Below, in pieces: positions 36,448 to 47,243 of a DNA stretch of 58,919 bases. Positions within the stretch are counted from its first letter, which is position 1; each line of letters starts with the position of its first letter. The stretch is from positions 1-58,919 of IMG/VR virus record IMGVR_UViG_3300036820_000021, one strand, 5' to 3'. The stretch is from a virus (Duplodnaviria > Caudoviricetes). The position numbers and the translations under genes were made by a program. The notes under the pieces were generated by a model. It was not told the origin of the DNA. It was given only the letters and a program-made list of their open reading frames with translations, and made no database searches.

Positions 36448-38436
36448 ATGACCGCATGGGTGCTCAAAAACTTCATCGGCGAGCAGCCGCGGGTTTCGCC
36501 GAATTTGCTGCCGCCTAACGCTGCGCAGGGCGCATCCGACGTGCGGCTGGATGACGGCGCGTTGACGCCCTATCGGAAGCAAGTGCTCGTGTCGTCGTTC
36601 TCGGATTATCCCGGCGACTATCAGACGATCTTTGAGTGGGATGGCACTTGGTACGGATGGCCCAGCGTAGTGAACGCAGCGCAGGGGCCGGTTGCAACCG
36701 ATCGGCTGTACATCACGGGACTTCCAGTCACCGCCACGGTTGCCACAAGCGCCGAGACGACTTCGGGCGATACGCTGACATTCGACGCCGTGCCGGCCGG
36801 GGTTGTGGCCGGTCTGTCGATAACCGATTCTACTAATCCGGACGCCATTCAGGACGGCGCCATCGTGGTTTCGACCACCTCAACAACAGTGGTGTCATCA
36901 CTTGACGTTGCGGCGACCGTCGCCAGCGGTGACACGATCAAATTCGGCGGCGCGCCGCAAATGATCGTTGACGGCACCACTTACGGCCTTGCGGTGCCAT
37001 TCCCTGCCGGTGCGCTGACTGCCACCGTAACCGGGAGCGGCTCGGGAACTGTCATCACGCGTACCTACGTCTATACCTACGTAACCGCTTTCGGCGAGGA
37101 ATCGGAGCCGTGCCCGGCCTCAAACCTCATTGATATGCAGCCTGGACAGACCGTAACCCTGACAGAATTTGTCGCCCCGCCGTCTGGCCGAAACATAACC
37201 ACCATCAACATTTACCGCACTCAGACCGGCGATAGCGGTACCGACCTCTATTACATCGACCAAATGGCCGCCTCGACGTCCACTTACGCTGACACGATCC
37301 CCGATGACCAGTTCGCCGAGGTGCTACCGTCGCGCGACTACAATGCGCCACCGGATGGGCTCGCCGGCCTTGTCGCCATGCCGAACGGCATGATGGCGGC
37401 GTTCGACTCGGCCAATCCCAAGAACCTCTATTTCTGTGAGCCATTCCTGCCTCACGCATGGCCGGAGGAATACGTCCTCACGACCGATTTTGACATCGTT
37501 GGCCTCGGCGCGCTCGGAACGTCCCTCGTCATCCTCACGAAGGGCAACCCCTATCTGGCGCAAGGCACCGATCCGTCGTCGATGCAGATGATCAAGATTT
37601 TGGTCAACCTGCCGTGCGTCAACCCGCGCAGCATCGTCGATTTGGGGCAGTACATCGCCTACGCGAGCCACGAGGGGCTTGTGTTGGCGGACAGCCTCGG
37701 CAATGCGAACGTCGCCACCCAGCGGCTTTACAACCGAACAGAATGGCAGGCGTATGCGCCGACGACGTTGTGCGCTGGGCAAGTGTCCGGCCGCTACTTC
37801 GCCTCCTACAACACGACTGACGTCAACGGGGTGCCCCTCATTGGCACGCTCATCTTCGACGTAGCCGAAGGCGTTCCATTCGTGATCGAATCGGACATCG
37901 CCGCGGTGGCGTTCTACTACGACATCTCGGGCGGCGCCCTTTACTTTCTGACATCGAACGGCGGCATTTACCAATTCGATGCACCCGCTGGCGTGCCATT
38001 GAGCTATTCGTGGCACTCGAAACTGATGATCTTGTCGAAGCCCGAGAACTTTTCCTGCATCGTGATCGATTCGGAAGAGGGATTGAACGCGGACGAGATC
38101 GCGGCCATCAACGCCGCGCGGGCGGCGGCGATCGCCGCAAACGCCGCGCTGCTGCCGTTTCCTCTCGGCGGCGAACTGGCCGGCGCCCCGCTCAATCAGT
38201 ACGCGGTGAACGGCGATAACCTCGAAGCATTGCCGCCGCTTGCCAAGACGGTTTCCGTCAGTGTGATCGCGGACGGTAATGTGGTGGCGACCGTGAACAC
38301 GATTGGAACGACCGAAAGGTTGCCCAGCGGTTTCATGTCGCGCAAATGGGAGGTCGAGATCAACGGCAGTCAGCGCGTGCAGCAGGTGGCGTTGGCGACC
38401 TCCGTGGCGGAATTGAAGGCGCAGCAAGCGAGTTGA
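36448..38436 (+). CDS. Tail nozzle/stabilization protein
   Basis: F.GE.PR....LLP..AQ, R.YVYT.VT..GEES.P, MPNG.MA, P.AWP..Y. Confidence 0.75.
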   Translation: MTAWVLKNFIGEQPRVSPNLLPPNAAQGASDVRLDDGALTPYRKQVLVSSFSDYPGDYQTIFEWDGTWYGWPSVVNAAQGPVATDRLYITGLPVTATVATSAETTSGDTLTFDAVPAGVVAGLSITDSTNPDAIQDGAIVVSTTSTTVVSSLDVAATVASGDTIKFGGAPQMIVDGTTYGLAVPFPAGALTATVTGSGSGTVITRTYVYTYVTAFGEESEPCPASNLIDMQPGQTVTLTEFVAPPSGRNITTINIYRTQTGDSGTDLYYIDQMAASTSTYADTIPDDQFAEVLPSRDYNAPPDGLAGLVAMPNGMMAAFDSANPKNLYFCEPFLPHAWPEEYVLTTDFDIVGLGALGTSLVILTKGNPYLAQGTDPSSMQMIKILVNLPCVNPRSIVDLGQYIAYASHEGLVLADSLGNANVATQRLYNRTEWQAYAPTTLCAGQVSGRYFASYNTTDVNGVPLIGTLIFDVAEGVPFVIESDIAAVAFYYDISGGALYFLTSNGGIYQFDAPAGVPLSYSWHSKLMILSKPENFSCIVIDSEEGLNADEIAAINAARAAAIAANAALLPFPLGGELAGAPLNQYAVNGDNLEALPPLAKTVSVSVIADGNVVATVNTIGTTERLPSGFMSRKWEVEINGSQRVQQVALATSVAELKAQQAS

Positions 38437-38438
38437 CG

Positions 38439-38684
38439 ATGACCAACAGCACCATAAACCAGCAGCGTCTTGACGAATTGGCCGGCACCCGTAGCTCGCG
38501 CGTTTCCGGCAAAGCCGCGGTGCGCAAATCGGACATGGCGGCGATTGTTTCGCTCCCTGGGGCGACGTCATCGCAACTGACGAGCGGAGCGACGGTTACG
38601 GCAGACGACTACAACGCCCTACAGGCCGATTACGCCGCGCTTCTCGCGGCAATAGTTCAAATCGCCGGGAACGTAAAATCATGA
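38439..38684 (+). CDS. Small virion protein
   Basis: L.G.R..AAVR..D; T..DYNAL..D. Confidence 0.55.
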   Translation: MTNSTINQQRLDELAGTRSSRVSGKAAVRKSDMAAIVSLPGATSSQLTSGATVTADDYNALQADYAALLAAIVQIAGNVKS

Positions 38685-39127
38685 GGGATCGCTTCATCTA
38701 CGGCCAGGACGCAAAGATGGCGAAATGGGCTGCTGTCCAGATCGGTGCCGGCGGCGGATTTCCCCGCGATGTTCGCGCGATCGGCGTTCAGCGCAATGGC
38801 AACCTGATCGCGGTTGCCCTGTGGCACACGCTCTCACTCCGCAATTGCTTTGTCAGCATTGCCACGAATCGGTCGGGACGCTGCGCAACTCGCGAATTTC
38901 TGTTCCGATCCTTTGCATATCCGTTCCTTCAACTCGACTTACCGCGCGTGACGTGCATAGTCGATGAAGGCAACGACGAATCCGTTCGCCTCGCGGAGCA
39001 TCTTGGCTTCAAACTGGAAGGCCGATTGCGTCGCGCAGCGCCCGATGGACGCGACGACTTGATGTTCGGGATGTTGCGGGAAGAATGCCGGTGGATCGGA
39101 CTAGACATGGCCCGGCACGCCGCGTAA
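38681..39127 (+). CDS. GNAT-fold protein of podoviral tail/ejection module
   Basis: F.YPF.QL...RVT..N..S..L..HLGF..EG.LR..GML..ECRW. Confidence 0.8.
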   Translation: MRDRFIYGQDAKMAKWAAVQIGAGGGFPRDVRAIGVQRNGNLIAVALWHTLSLRNCFVSIATNRSGRCATREFLFRSFAYPFLQLDLPRVTCIVDEGNDESVRLAEHLGFKLEGRLRRAAPDGRDDLMFGMLREECRWIGLDMARHAA

Positions 39128-39142
39128 CGCGAGGAAAGAGCA

Positions 39143-40444
39143 ATGGGCAGCGGTTCCAGCACCCCGTCACTACCGGCTCCTGATCCGGCGATCGGTCAAG
39201 CCGCCAGCCAGAGCGCGCAAACAGGACAGAACTGGCTCAATTTCTCGCAAGGCGCCTACGGCACCGAGCAGGGGATGCAGTCCGGCATCAACAACGTAAC
39301 CAATCAGGTTACGCAGCAGCAGCTTTCGGCTGAAAACCAGGACCAAAGCAACGCCAACGCCGAGACGAATTACTACAATGCCAACGTCCAGCCGGTTGAG
39401 ACAAATCTGCTCCAAACGGCGCAGAACTACGCCAGTCCGGCAAATCAGGAAGAAGCAGCCAGCACCGCGAAGGCGGACGTCGCCGAAAACGCGGCCCAGC
39501 AGGAAGGCACTCAGAACCGCCAGATGGCCGCCGAAGGCGTCAATCCGGCCTCCGGGCGATGGGCCGGCATCAACCGCGCCACCGGGCTCGGAACGGCGGT
39601 TTCCGAAGCAGGCGCAGAGAACACGGCGCGTACAAATACGATCAACACAGGCGCTGGCCTGGAATCGAACGCCATTGGCCTCGGCAATGCCAATCTCAGC
39701 GCGGCCGCGACCGACGCGGGCCTTGCGACCGGCGCCGGCACAACGGCGGCGAATACGACGAACGCCGCGAACACTCAGTACATCGCCGGCACCGGCATTA
39801 TGAACACGGGCGAGGCAGGCGCGGAGCAGGGCGAGGCCAACGAGGGCAATCTCTTACAGAACGAGTACAACTCGACCCTGCAAGGCAGCGAGTTCAGCGA
39901 TCAATTGCAGGAGCAGGAGCAATCGAGCCTGATGGGCGGCATTGGCTCGCTCGCCGGCACGCTCGGCGCCGCTGCGATCCTCTCGTCCAAGACGTACAAG
40001 ACCAACAAGCGCGCCTCGACGGGGAACCTCGACGCGGTGCGCTCGATGCCGGTTGAGAAGTGGAATTACAAGGGCGGCATCGGCGATGGCGGCGCGGCTC
40101 CGCACGTCGGGCCCTACGCCGAGGACTTCCACAAAGCGACCGGCCTCGGCGATGGCAAGACGATCCCGATGCAAGACGCGATCGGCGTCAGCATGGGCGC
40201 CATCAATGAACTCGCCGACAAGCTCAATCAGGTTCATAAGGCGGTTGGGCTCGGGGCGACGGCGCCGAAGCTCACGGCACCAAAGGGTGGCGGCGAGGGC
40301 GGCAAGGTCAAGATGGCGAGCGTCGCCGGCACGAAGCCGCCGAAACTGGCGATGAAGAAGCCGGCGCAAGTTAAGGCGCAGGCGATGAAGCTGCCACAGT
40401 ATCGGCCGCTCAAGAGCATCAACCTTAACAAAAAGGCGGCCTAG
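39143..40444 (+). CDS. Internal virion protein with peptidase S74-like chaperone domain
   Basis: MG.G..P.PDP.IG start; SS..YKTN..V..MPV..WNYK..HVGPYAEDF. Confidence 0.75.
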   Translation: MGSGSSTPSLPAPDPAIGQAASQSAQTGQNWLNFSQGAYGTEQGMQSGINNVTNQVTQQQLSAENQDQSNANAETNYYNANVQPVETNLLQTAQNYASPANQEEAASTAKADVAENAAQQEGTQNRQMAAEGVNPASGRWAGINRATGLGTAVSEAGAENTARTNTINTGAGLESNAIGLGNANLSAAATDAGLATGAGTTAANTTNAANTQYIAGTGIMNTGEAGAEQGEANEGNLLQNEYNSTLQGSEFSDQLQEQEQSSLMGGIGSLAGTLGAAAILSSKTYKTNKRASTGNLDAVRSMPVEKWNYKGGIGDGGAAPHVGPYAEDFHKATGLGDGKTIPMQDAIGVSMGAINELADKLNQVHKAVGLGATAPKLTAPKGGGEGGKVKMASVAGTKPPKLAMKKPAQVKAQAMKLPQYRPLKSINLNKKAA

Positions 40445-40446
40445 CT

Positions 40447-42954
40447 ATGGCAGGATGGGACGTTGGCCTTGGCGGTTTCGCGAGCGGCTTATCGAGCGGC
40501 ATCACTGCCGGATCGAATCTCGTGAGCGCTATATCGAAAAAAAAGGAACAGGACGCACAGGGTGCTTACCTCGGCGTCAAGACGCAGCAAGACCAGCTTG
40601 CGCTGCAACAGCAGCAGCAACAGGCGGATGACGTCAAACAGGAGCGCGATCTCGGAAATCAAGGGCTTTCGACCTACAGCCAACTCGTGGCCGCAGGGAA
40701 GCTCCCTGCTGGGCATTTCTCCGACTACTATACGAAGAATATCGCCCCGGAGATCATCAATAACAAAATCGCCAACGGCGACACTGCCGGCGCCGCCCAA
40801 TTCAGCAATTGGGTCCAGAGCAGCCAGAAGCAAGATTTGATAAACAATATGGGCGTCACGGTGATGCAAACGCAGCACGCGGCCCAAACTGGCGATTATG
40901 CGCCGCTTGACGCCAACATAAAGCAGATTTGGAACAGCCTGCCGACAGAGCTTACGGGCGGATCGCAGTTTCAGGGCCTCCAAATCTCAAAGGGCGACGA
41001 CGGCAGCGTCAAGGGGATTTCTGCGTCCTATCTCGGCGCGGACGGGAAGGTCACAAAGCAGAACTGGAACAGCACGTCGGACTTCATACAAAGCGTCCAA
41101 AGCTGGTCGCATCCGGCGATTGCCTTTGAGCTTGAGCGCCAGAATGGATTGCTCGGGCCGCTCGTGACCGCGGAAGCCGCCAGCCAGAAGCGCGGCGCGC
41201 CAGCAGCGGCGGCACAACCCGCCGCAGCACAATCCGGCGCTCCGGTCGACGACACGACTGCCTTCAATGCAGCGCCGCTCGCTTCGACGGCCGCTCCGCT
41301 TGTCGGAGGCGTATCGCAACCAGGGGCGCCCATGCCAAGAGCCGGCGCGGCGTCTCTATCAGCGCCATCGGCTCCCGTCGCCCCAGACGCGACCGCAGCA
41401 TCGGCCGCGCCGGCACAATCATCTGTGCAGCCTTTGGCAGCCGCGCCATCTGGTACGGTGCCAACCGATTCGGCTGCCGGATCGGCCTCGCCATTCGATC
41501 AGGGCGACGCGATCGCTACAGCGTTGGCGCCGCAAAACGGACCCGCAACAGGTTTGCCGGCCGCTCCACGGGGCGCCCCGACCTCGCCTGCGCCGGCTAT
41601 GCAGATGCCGCCGCAGGGCGCGGCGGCTGCGAGCGTCCCTCTTCCGCAGCCTGATCCTCGGCAACTGGCGGCAAGCGCGCCGCCAGCAGGGGGCTCGCTC
41701 GCACCGCCAGACGCATCGCAGCCGTCACCGAATGTTACCATCGTTCCGACGCGACCAGTCACTCAAGGTGCTGCAGCCGGCATTCCTGCGCCTAGCACTC
41801 AGCAGCCGCAAGCGGCCTCACCAGCCGGCCTCACGCCAGAAGTTCATGACGCGATCGTGCAGGGGCTGGCAAGCGGCGAGCCGGAAACGGTAGCCCTCGC
41901 CAAACAGGTTCTCGCAAAATACGCCAGTCCAAAATACGATATGCGGAACGCGCTTGACGGTTCGATTGTGGCGGTCAATCAAAGCAATCCAAACGACTTT
42001 CAAGTGGTCTATCGTGCGAATGGCGGCACGTCGCCAGAAACCGACGCAGCGCTCACGGCAGACGCCGAACGATACAGGCAGACTGGCACTTTGCCGCCGA
42101 ACATGGGCCGCGGCCAACAAGGCCAAGTTCTTGCTGCGACCATCCGCAATAAGGCGGCAGAGATTGAAACGGCGTCGGGTGGCGATACGGCCACATGGCC
42201 CGCGCGGTGGGCTCAGTTCAAAGCGCAGAAGGGCTATTCTGGCACCGTCGACAATATCGTCGCTGGGATCAAAAACGGCAGCCAGCCGCCAGATTTGGCG
42301 CACTTGGGCCAATTGAGCGCGCCGGTAAGCGGCGAGTTAGACAAGAGCGGCTTCAATCTTGCTCAAGCGCAAGTGGATTGGAAGCGAGCGCAGAAGCAAA
42401 TCGCGTCCCTGAACGGACCGCAAATGACGCGCTTTGTCGGCCTCGCCAACAGCGTCACGAACACGATCAACGAAGTCAACAGTCTCGCCGGGAAGATGAA
42501 CCTGTCGGGAGTCCCGGTGTTGAACCGAGCAGAAATGCAAACCTATGTGCAGGCCAACGGCAACTCCGAAAATGGGCAGTTGGTTACGCGCTACTTGACA
42601 TCCGTTAATACTCTGAAAGAGGAATTCGCCAGCCTCGCCCAGGGCGGCTACGCGCCGACCGAATCGGCGTGGGGACTCGCTAATACGCAGATCAACGGAA
42701 ACTTTGGCGTGAAACAGCTTGGCGCGTCGCTCGGCGAAGTGCAGCGCCTCATCAATTATCGGCTTCATGCGTTCAACGACATGGACACGCAAGGACCGGG
42801 TGCCCCGAATCGGTATATGGGCGGAGCCGCGCCCGCTAGTGCAGCAGTGCCCGCTGCTACTCAGGCGCCGTCGCAGCAATCAGGTCAAGGCGCACCAGCG
42901 CCAGGGCACTACAGCTTTAATCCTGCGAGCGGTAAGCTGGAATTAATGCAATGA
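40447..42954 (+). CDS. Ejection (DNA transfer) protein
   Basis: GLGGFA.G..G N-terminus; Q/A/P-rich; position in module. Confidence 0.65.
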   Translation: MAGWDVGLGGFASGLSSGITAGSNLVSAISKKKEQDAQGAYLGVKTQQDQLALQQQQQQADDVKQERDLGNQGLSTYSQLVAAGKLPAGHFSDYYTKNIAPEIINNKIANGDTAGAAQFSNWVQSSQKQDLINNMGVTVMQTQHAAQTGDYAPLDANIKQIWNSLPTELTGGSQFQGLQISKGDDGSVKGISASYLGADGKVTKQNWNSTSDFIQSVQSWSHPAIAFELERQNGLLGPLVTAEAASQKRGAPAAAAQPAAAQSGAPVDDTTAFNAAPLASTAAPLVGGVSQPGAPMPRAGAASLSAPSAPVAPDATAASAAPAQSSVQPLAAAPSGTVPTDSAAGSASPFDQGDAIATALAPQNGPATGLPAAPRGAPTSPAPAMQMPPQGAAAASVPLPQPDPRQLAASAPPAGGSLAPPDASQPSPNVTIVPTRPVTQGAAAGIPAPSTQQPQAASPAGLTPEVHDAIVQGLASGEPETVALAKQVLAKYASPKYDMRNALDGSIVAVNQSNPNDFQVVYRANGGTSPETDAALTADAERYRQTGTLPPNMGRGQQGQVLAATIRNKAAEIETASGGDTATWPARWAQFKAQKGYSGTVDNIVAGIKNGSQPPDLAHLGQLSAPVSGELDKSGFNLAQAQVDWKRAQKQIASLNGPQMTRFVGLANSVTNTINEVNSLAGKMNLSGVPVLNRAEMQTYVQANGNSENGQLVTRYLTSVNTLKEEFASLAQGGYAPTESAWGLANTQINGNFGVKQLGASLGEVQRLINYRLHAFNDMDTQGPGAPNRYMGGAAPASAAVPAATQAPSQQSGQGAPAPGHYSFNPASGKLELMQ

Positions 42955-45900
42955 GCGACATTGTCGTCAGCGGCCCGGACGGATCGACGTTCACTTTCCC
43001 CGAGGGGACGGCGGCGGGCACGATCACGGACGCTCTGAGCGCGCACTACGGCGCGCAGGGCACGTCCCGCGGCGGCAACGGCACGAGCGCAGCATCTTCG
43101 CAGCCTGCCAACGATATCGGCGCAACGAAATTCACTCCGCAGGGCACGCCGGAAATCACGATCACGCCGCGAGCGGCCAGCAACGGCGGCGTGACGGGCA
43201 GTCCTCCGCCGCAGCCGCAGCAGCCACAACAGCAGCCGCAAGCGGCACAGTCACCACAGCCGCAAGCGCTACCGCAATCGTCATCGCAGTCGGCGCCGCA
43301 GCCTCCGCAGCCGCAGTCGAGCGGTATCTTGAGCAACATCGCGGCGGGCGCAAACGATGCGATCTATACGGGCCTCGGCGCTCCTGTTGATCTCGCCCGC
43401 GGCGCGGAAAATCTCGTGCCGCGCGCGATCAACGCGGTAGCCGGCACAGACATCCCGATCATTCCCTCTGACACCGTTGGCGGCAAAGAGTGGATTGAGC
43501 AGCAGGCAGGCCGCCTCAGCCCCGCGCTCAATCCTGAAAACACGACTGCTGCAACGCCAGCCGAGCAGATTGCGCGCGGTGCCGGAGGCGGCCTCGGCCT
43601 CGCGATGGTGCCTGAAAGCGCCTTGGCCGCGCTCGAAAAAGTCGGCGTCATTGCCCCTGAGTTGGCGGCGAAGATCGCACCGTATATTGGCCGATCGGCG
43701 ACGGCCGGTGATGCTGTAGTCAACGCGACATCAGGCGCCGCGGCTGGCGCTGGATCGGAAACCGCGCAGCAAGCCGCTCCCGATTCGCTCAAACCCGTTG
43801 CCGGCGTCGTCGGCGGCCTGGCTGGCGGCGCTATCGGCCTTGGCGCCAGCCAAATTCCCCGCACGGTTGCGGTCGGCCTACAGGGCGTCAAGGATGCCGC
43901 CGCGCCGTTGACAGAAGCCGGACAGAAGCAATTGGCGGCTGCCAAGGTGCAGCAAGCCGCGACGTCGAAAGACGCAGCGCTCGAAGCGCTTGAAACCGCG
44001 CCGGGCCAAGTCGTACCCGGATCGCAGCCGACGACGTTCCAGCAAACCGGAGACATGGGCCTTGGCGGCTTGGAGCGCGAAGCGCAGACGAAGGCGCCGG
44101 CCGATTTCATGCAGCGCCGAGCCGAGCAAAACGGAGCGCAAGTCGCAGCCGTCAAAGGCATCCAAGAGGAAGGCGCGCCCGAGCAGGTCGCTACGGCCTT
44201 TCGCCAGCGCCTCGACCAGATCGACCAGGAGACGCAAGCGGCCGTCGATTCGGCCACACAGAAGGCCCACAGCGCCTCTAATATAGTGTCTGGAACAATT
44301 GGTGAACGCGCGACGGGCTTAGGCCAAGCCGCCGCCGCCAGTTCCGACGCCGCCGCGGTCGGCGCGCAGGGCGCCGCGATGGCTATCGGCCTCGGTCTTG
44401 AGCCGGAAGCCGCAGGCGCCACGATCCGCTCCGGACTCGATACGTCCTACCGTCAGCGTCTTGAGCAGATCGATCAGCAGACCCAGGCCGCAGTTGATGA
44501 CGCGGCTAGTCGAGCTCAAAGTCACGCCACATCACTGGCCGGAACGATCAGTGATCGGGCAACGGGGCTTGGCCAAACGTCACAGTCAACGGCTGACGTT
44601 GCTGCTCGGAACGCTCAAGACGCCACACAAACCATCGGCCTCGGGACCGAGCCCGAGACAGCAGGCGCGGCGATTCGGTCCGGCCTCGAAACTGCCCGCG
44701 CCGGCGCAAAGGATCAGGAGCGGCAGCTTTGGAACGCTGTCGATCCTGATGGCACCTTGGCGCTCGCGCCAGCGCAGACCCAACACATGGCAACCCAGAT
44801 CGCGGCGGAAATGCCGGTTTCGGCTGGCCCGATGGGTGCGGCAGAAAGTGCCATCCACGACGTGATTGGCCAGTACGGCGACGCTGTTCCGCTCCGCGAA
44901 ATGTCGGCGCTGCGCACCCGAATCGGAGAGGCGATCAGCACCGAAAAGACCGCAAATAATGGCGTGGAAACGTCACTTTCCCGGCGTCTTGGGATGTTGT
45001 ATTCTGCTATCGGACACGATCTACAGAACGCCGTTGCTGCGAAAGTTGAGAACGAATCGCAGGCAGTTGCGCAAGGGAAGATTGATCCTGAACAGACGGC
45101 GGCGTTCCGCATCAACCAATGGCAAGATGACTGGCGACAACGACAAGAAGCGGCCAGGGCTAATGATACAGGAAGCCTTGGGCCGAATGGAGCCGGGAGA
45201 ACGACTTCCGTTTCTGGCCCACGCGGAGCAACGAGCCAAACTGGAATCGGACCTGGAAATTCTGCGGGCGATCAAGGACTATCGGCGGATGGTGGAGCGA
45301 ACTTCGACCAAGCCGCACTTGATCGACTGAACGCCGCGCGCACAGCCACCGCGCAGCGCGCCTCGACATTCGACAACAAGACACTCGGCCCGATCCGCGC
45401 ACGCCCAAGCGGCAGCGCACCGTACAACATGCCAGCGGCCGGCGTTGCCGCGCGCGTGTTCGTGCCGGGCCCGAAGGGCTTCGAGACGCTGCAAACCTAT
45501 CGCCAAGCGGTCACTGATCCCGCGGCGATGGATGCCGTCGAGCAATATGCAATCGGCCGGCTGAACAACAGCGCCTTGCGGCCAGATGGCACGCTCGATC
45601 CGGCCAGGGCGGCGACATTTCAGCGAACCTACTCCGACGCACTCCGCGCGTTCCCGGCGCTAAATCAGCGAATTGAGACCGCGGTCGCGGCTTCTAACGA
45701 CGCTGCGGCCGCGGCATCTGAGAGCGCCGCAACGAACAAACTAACCGCGAAGATGGCCCAAGCCGCCACATTACCAGACGGCACCATTGACGCAGCTAAG
45801 TTAGATGCGTGGCGCCAGAAAAACGCAGCAGCGCTCGCCCAATTTCCGGATTTGGCGGAAAAATTTAAGGATGTTCAATCGGCATCTGCCACGCTCGCTA

Positions 45901-47243
45901 CGGCCAGCGTCGCGCGGAAAACAGCCCTTGGTGACATCCAGAGTGACGCTCTTGGCCACATGGTCGGTATGCCGGCATCTGCCGTCGCCGCGCGCGTATT
46001 TGTACCGGGGCCGAAAGGCTTCGAGACGCTGCAGACTTACCGCCAAGCGGTCACTGATCCCGCGGCGATGGATGCTATTGAACAATACGCCATCAATCGA
46101 CTGCGCAACAGTGCCTTGCGGCCAGATGGCACGCTCGATCCGGCCAGGGCGGCGACATTTCAGCGAACCTACTCCGACGCACTCCGCGCGTTCCCGGCGC
46201 TAAATGACCGGATCAATCAGGCGATTGCCACCTCGAATGCCGCCGCCGCAGCTTCCGGGCAAAGCGCCGCGATGAGCAAATTGACGGCTAAGATGGCGCA
46301 AGCGGCAGCCCTGCCAGATGGCACGCTCGACGCCGCGAAATTGGATGCGTGGCGCCAAAAGAACAGCGCTGCGTTGGCGCAATTCCCGGACCTAGCAGGA
46401 CAGTTCAAGGACGTGGAATCCGCATCCAGCGCGCTCGCTACGGCAAGCGCCGCACGCAAGGCCGCACTCGACGATGCACAAAAGGGAGCGCTCGGGCGTC
46501 TCATCGGCGTAACCGCGCCGGAAGATGTAACCCGGACGGTCGGCGGCTTGTTCTCCCGTCAGGATGCGGTCCAGCAATTCACCAATCTACGCGGCGCAGT
46601 CGGCGCCAATGCGGATGCGCAGCAAGGATTACGCAAGGCGATCGTCGACTATATCGCCGGCCGATTCGTCGGCAACACGGAAGCCGCAACGAGCGGAATC
46701 GGCACGGTCAAGTCCGACAGCTTCCAGACTTTCGTTCGACAGAACAAAGCGGCGCTGAAAGCGGCCGGTTTCTCCGACGATGAGATCGGCACTATGAGCG
46801 CCGTCGCCGCCGACTTGCGGCGCGCGAATCGGTCGAACGCATCGATCAAGCTGCCGGCCGGATCGAACACGGCGCAGGATCAAGTCTCGATCTTGCGGCA
46901 GATTGCCCAAGCAACGCGCTCGAATACGGGAATGACAGTCGAAGGCGCCGGCATCGGCGGTGCACTTGGAAGCATCGCCGGCCCGATCGGTTCTGCGGTG
47001 GGTGCAGCAGCCGGCGCTGGCGCCGGCCGCGCTTTCGCAGCCGCTCGGCAAGCGGGCCTCGATTCGGTTGACAAGATCGTCGCCGACGCGATGCTTAATC
47101 CCGGTCGCGCCAAAATTCTCCTACAGACACCACTGACGCCAAGAGCGCAGATGCGATCGTGGAGCGATCTCGGCTCGATGTACAAGCGCGCGACGATCTC
47201 CGGAATTGCAGGCGCGTCTCTAACGCAAGGAGCAAGTCAATGA
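42951..47243 (+). CDS. Large ejection protein with internal duplications
   Basis: V.GPDG....FPEGT N-terminal motif; Gly/Ala helices; 1430 aa. Confidence 0.7.
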   Translation: MSDIVVSGPDGSTFTFPEGTAAGTITDALSAHYGAQGTSRGGNGTSAASSQPANDIGATKFTPQGTPEITITPRAASNGGVTGSPPPQPQQPQQQPQAAQSPQPQALPQSSSQSAPQPPQPQSSGILSNIAAGANDAIYTGLGAPVDLARGAENLVPRAINAVAGTDIPIIPSDTVGGKEWIEQQAGRLSPALNPENTTAATPAEQIARGAGGGLGLAMVPESALAALEKVGVIAPELAAKIAPYIGRSATAGDAVVNATSGAAAGAGSETAQQAAPDSLKPVAGVVGGLAGGAIGLGASQIPRTVAVGLQGVKDAAAPLTEAGQKQLAAAKVQQAATSKDAALEALETAPGQVVPGSQPTTFQQTGDMGLGGLEREAQTKAPADFMQRRAEQNGAQVAAVKGIQEEGAPEQVATAFRQRLDQIDQETQAAVDSATQKAHSASNIVSGTIGERATGLGQAAAASSDAAAVGAQGAAMAIGLGLEPEAAGATIRSGLDTSYRQRLEQIDQQTQAAVDDAASRAQSHATSLAGTISDRATGLGQTSQSTADVAARNAQDATQTIGLGTEPETAGAAIRSGLETARAGAKDQERQLWNAVDPDGTLALAPAQTQHMATQIAAEMPVSAGPMGAAESAIHDVIGQYGDAVPLREMSALRTRIGEAISTEKTANNGVETSLSRRLGMLYSAIGHDLQNAVAAKVENESQAVAQGKIDPEQTAAFRINQWQDDWRQRQEAARANDTGSLGPNGAGRTTSVSGPRGATSQTGIGPGNSAGDQGLSADGGANFDQAALDRLNAARTATAQRASTFDNKTLGPIRARPSGSAPYNMPAAGVAARVFVPGPKGFETLQTYRQAVTDPAAMDAVEQYAIGRLNNSALRPDGTLDPARAATFQRTYSDALRAFPALNQRIETAVAASNDAAAAASESAATNKLTAKMAQAATLPDGTIDAAKLDAWRQKNAAALAQFPDLAEKFKDVQSASATLATASVARKTALGDIQSDALGHMVGMPASAVAARVFVPGPKGFETLQTYRQAVTDPAAMDAIEQYAINRLRNSALRPDGTLDPARAATFQRTYSDALRAFPALNDRINQAIATSNAAAAASGQSAAMSKLTAKMAQAAALPDGTLDAAKLDAWRQKNSAALAQFPDLAGQFKDVESASSALATASAARKAALDDAQKGALGRLIGVTAPEDVTRTVGGLFSRQDAVQQFTNLRGAVGANADAQQGLRKAIVDYIAGRFVGNTEAATSGIGTVKSDSFQTFVRQNKAALKAAGFSDDEIGTMSAVAADLRRANRSNASIKLPAGSNTAQDQVSILRQIAQATRSNTGMTVEGAGIGGALGSIAGPIGSAVGAAAGAGAGRAFAAARQAGLDSVDKIVADAMLNPGRAKILLQTPLTPRAQMRSWSDLGSMYKRATISGIAGASLTQGASQ
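45429..46500 (+). repeat. 540-bp (180-aa) tandem intragenic duplication
   Basis: MPA..VAARVFVPGPKGFETLQTYRQAVTDPAAMDA at 45429 and 45969; ~93 identical bp at 45573/46113. Confidence 0.9.

Noticed and set aside
28521-38436. Gene transfer agent cluster
   Set aside because: Only one GTA-like gene; the element has att sites, integrase, immunity and replication genes of a true prophage.
40537-40544. A8 slippery site
   Set aside because: The ORF continues in frame (KKK) and no alternative product or stimulatory structure is evident.
45429-46500. Diversity-generating retroelement TR/VR pair
   Set aside because: No reverse transcriptase in the window; differences are largely synonymous and not adenine-specific; both copies are in frame in one gene.
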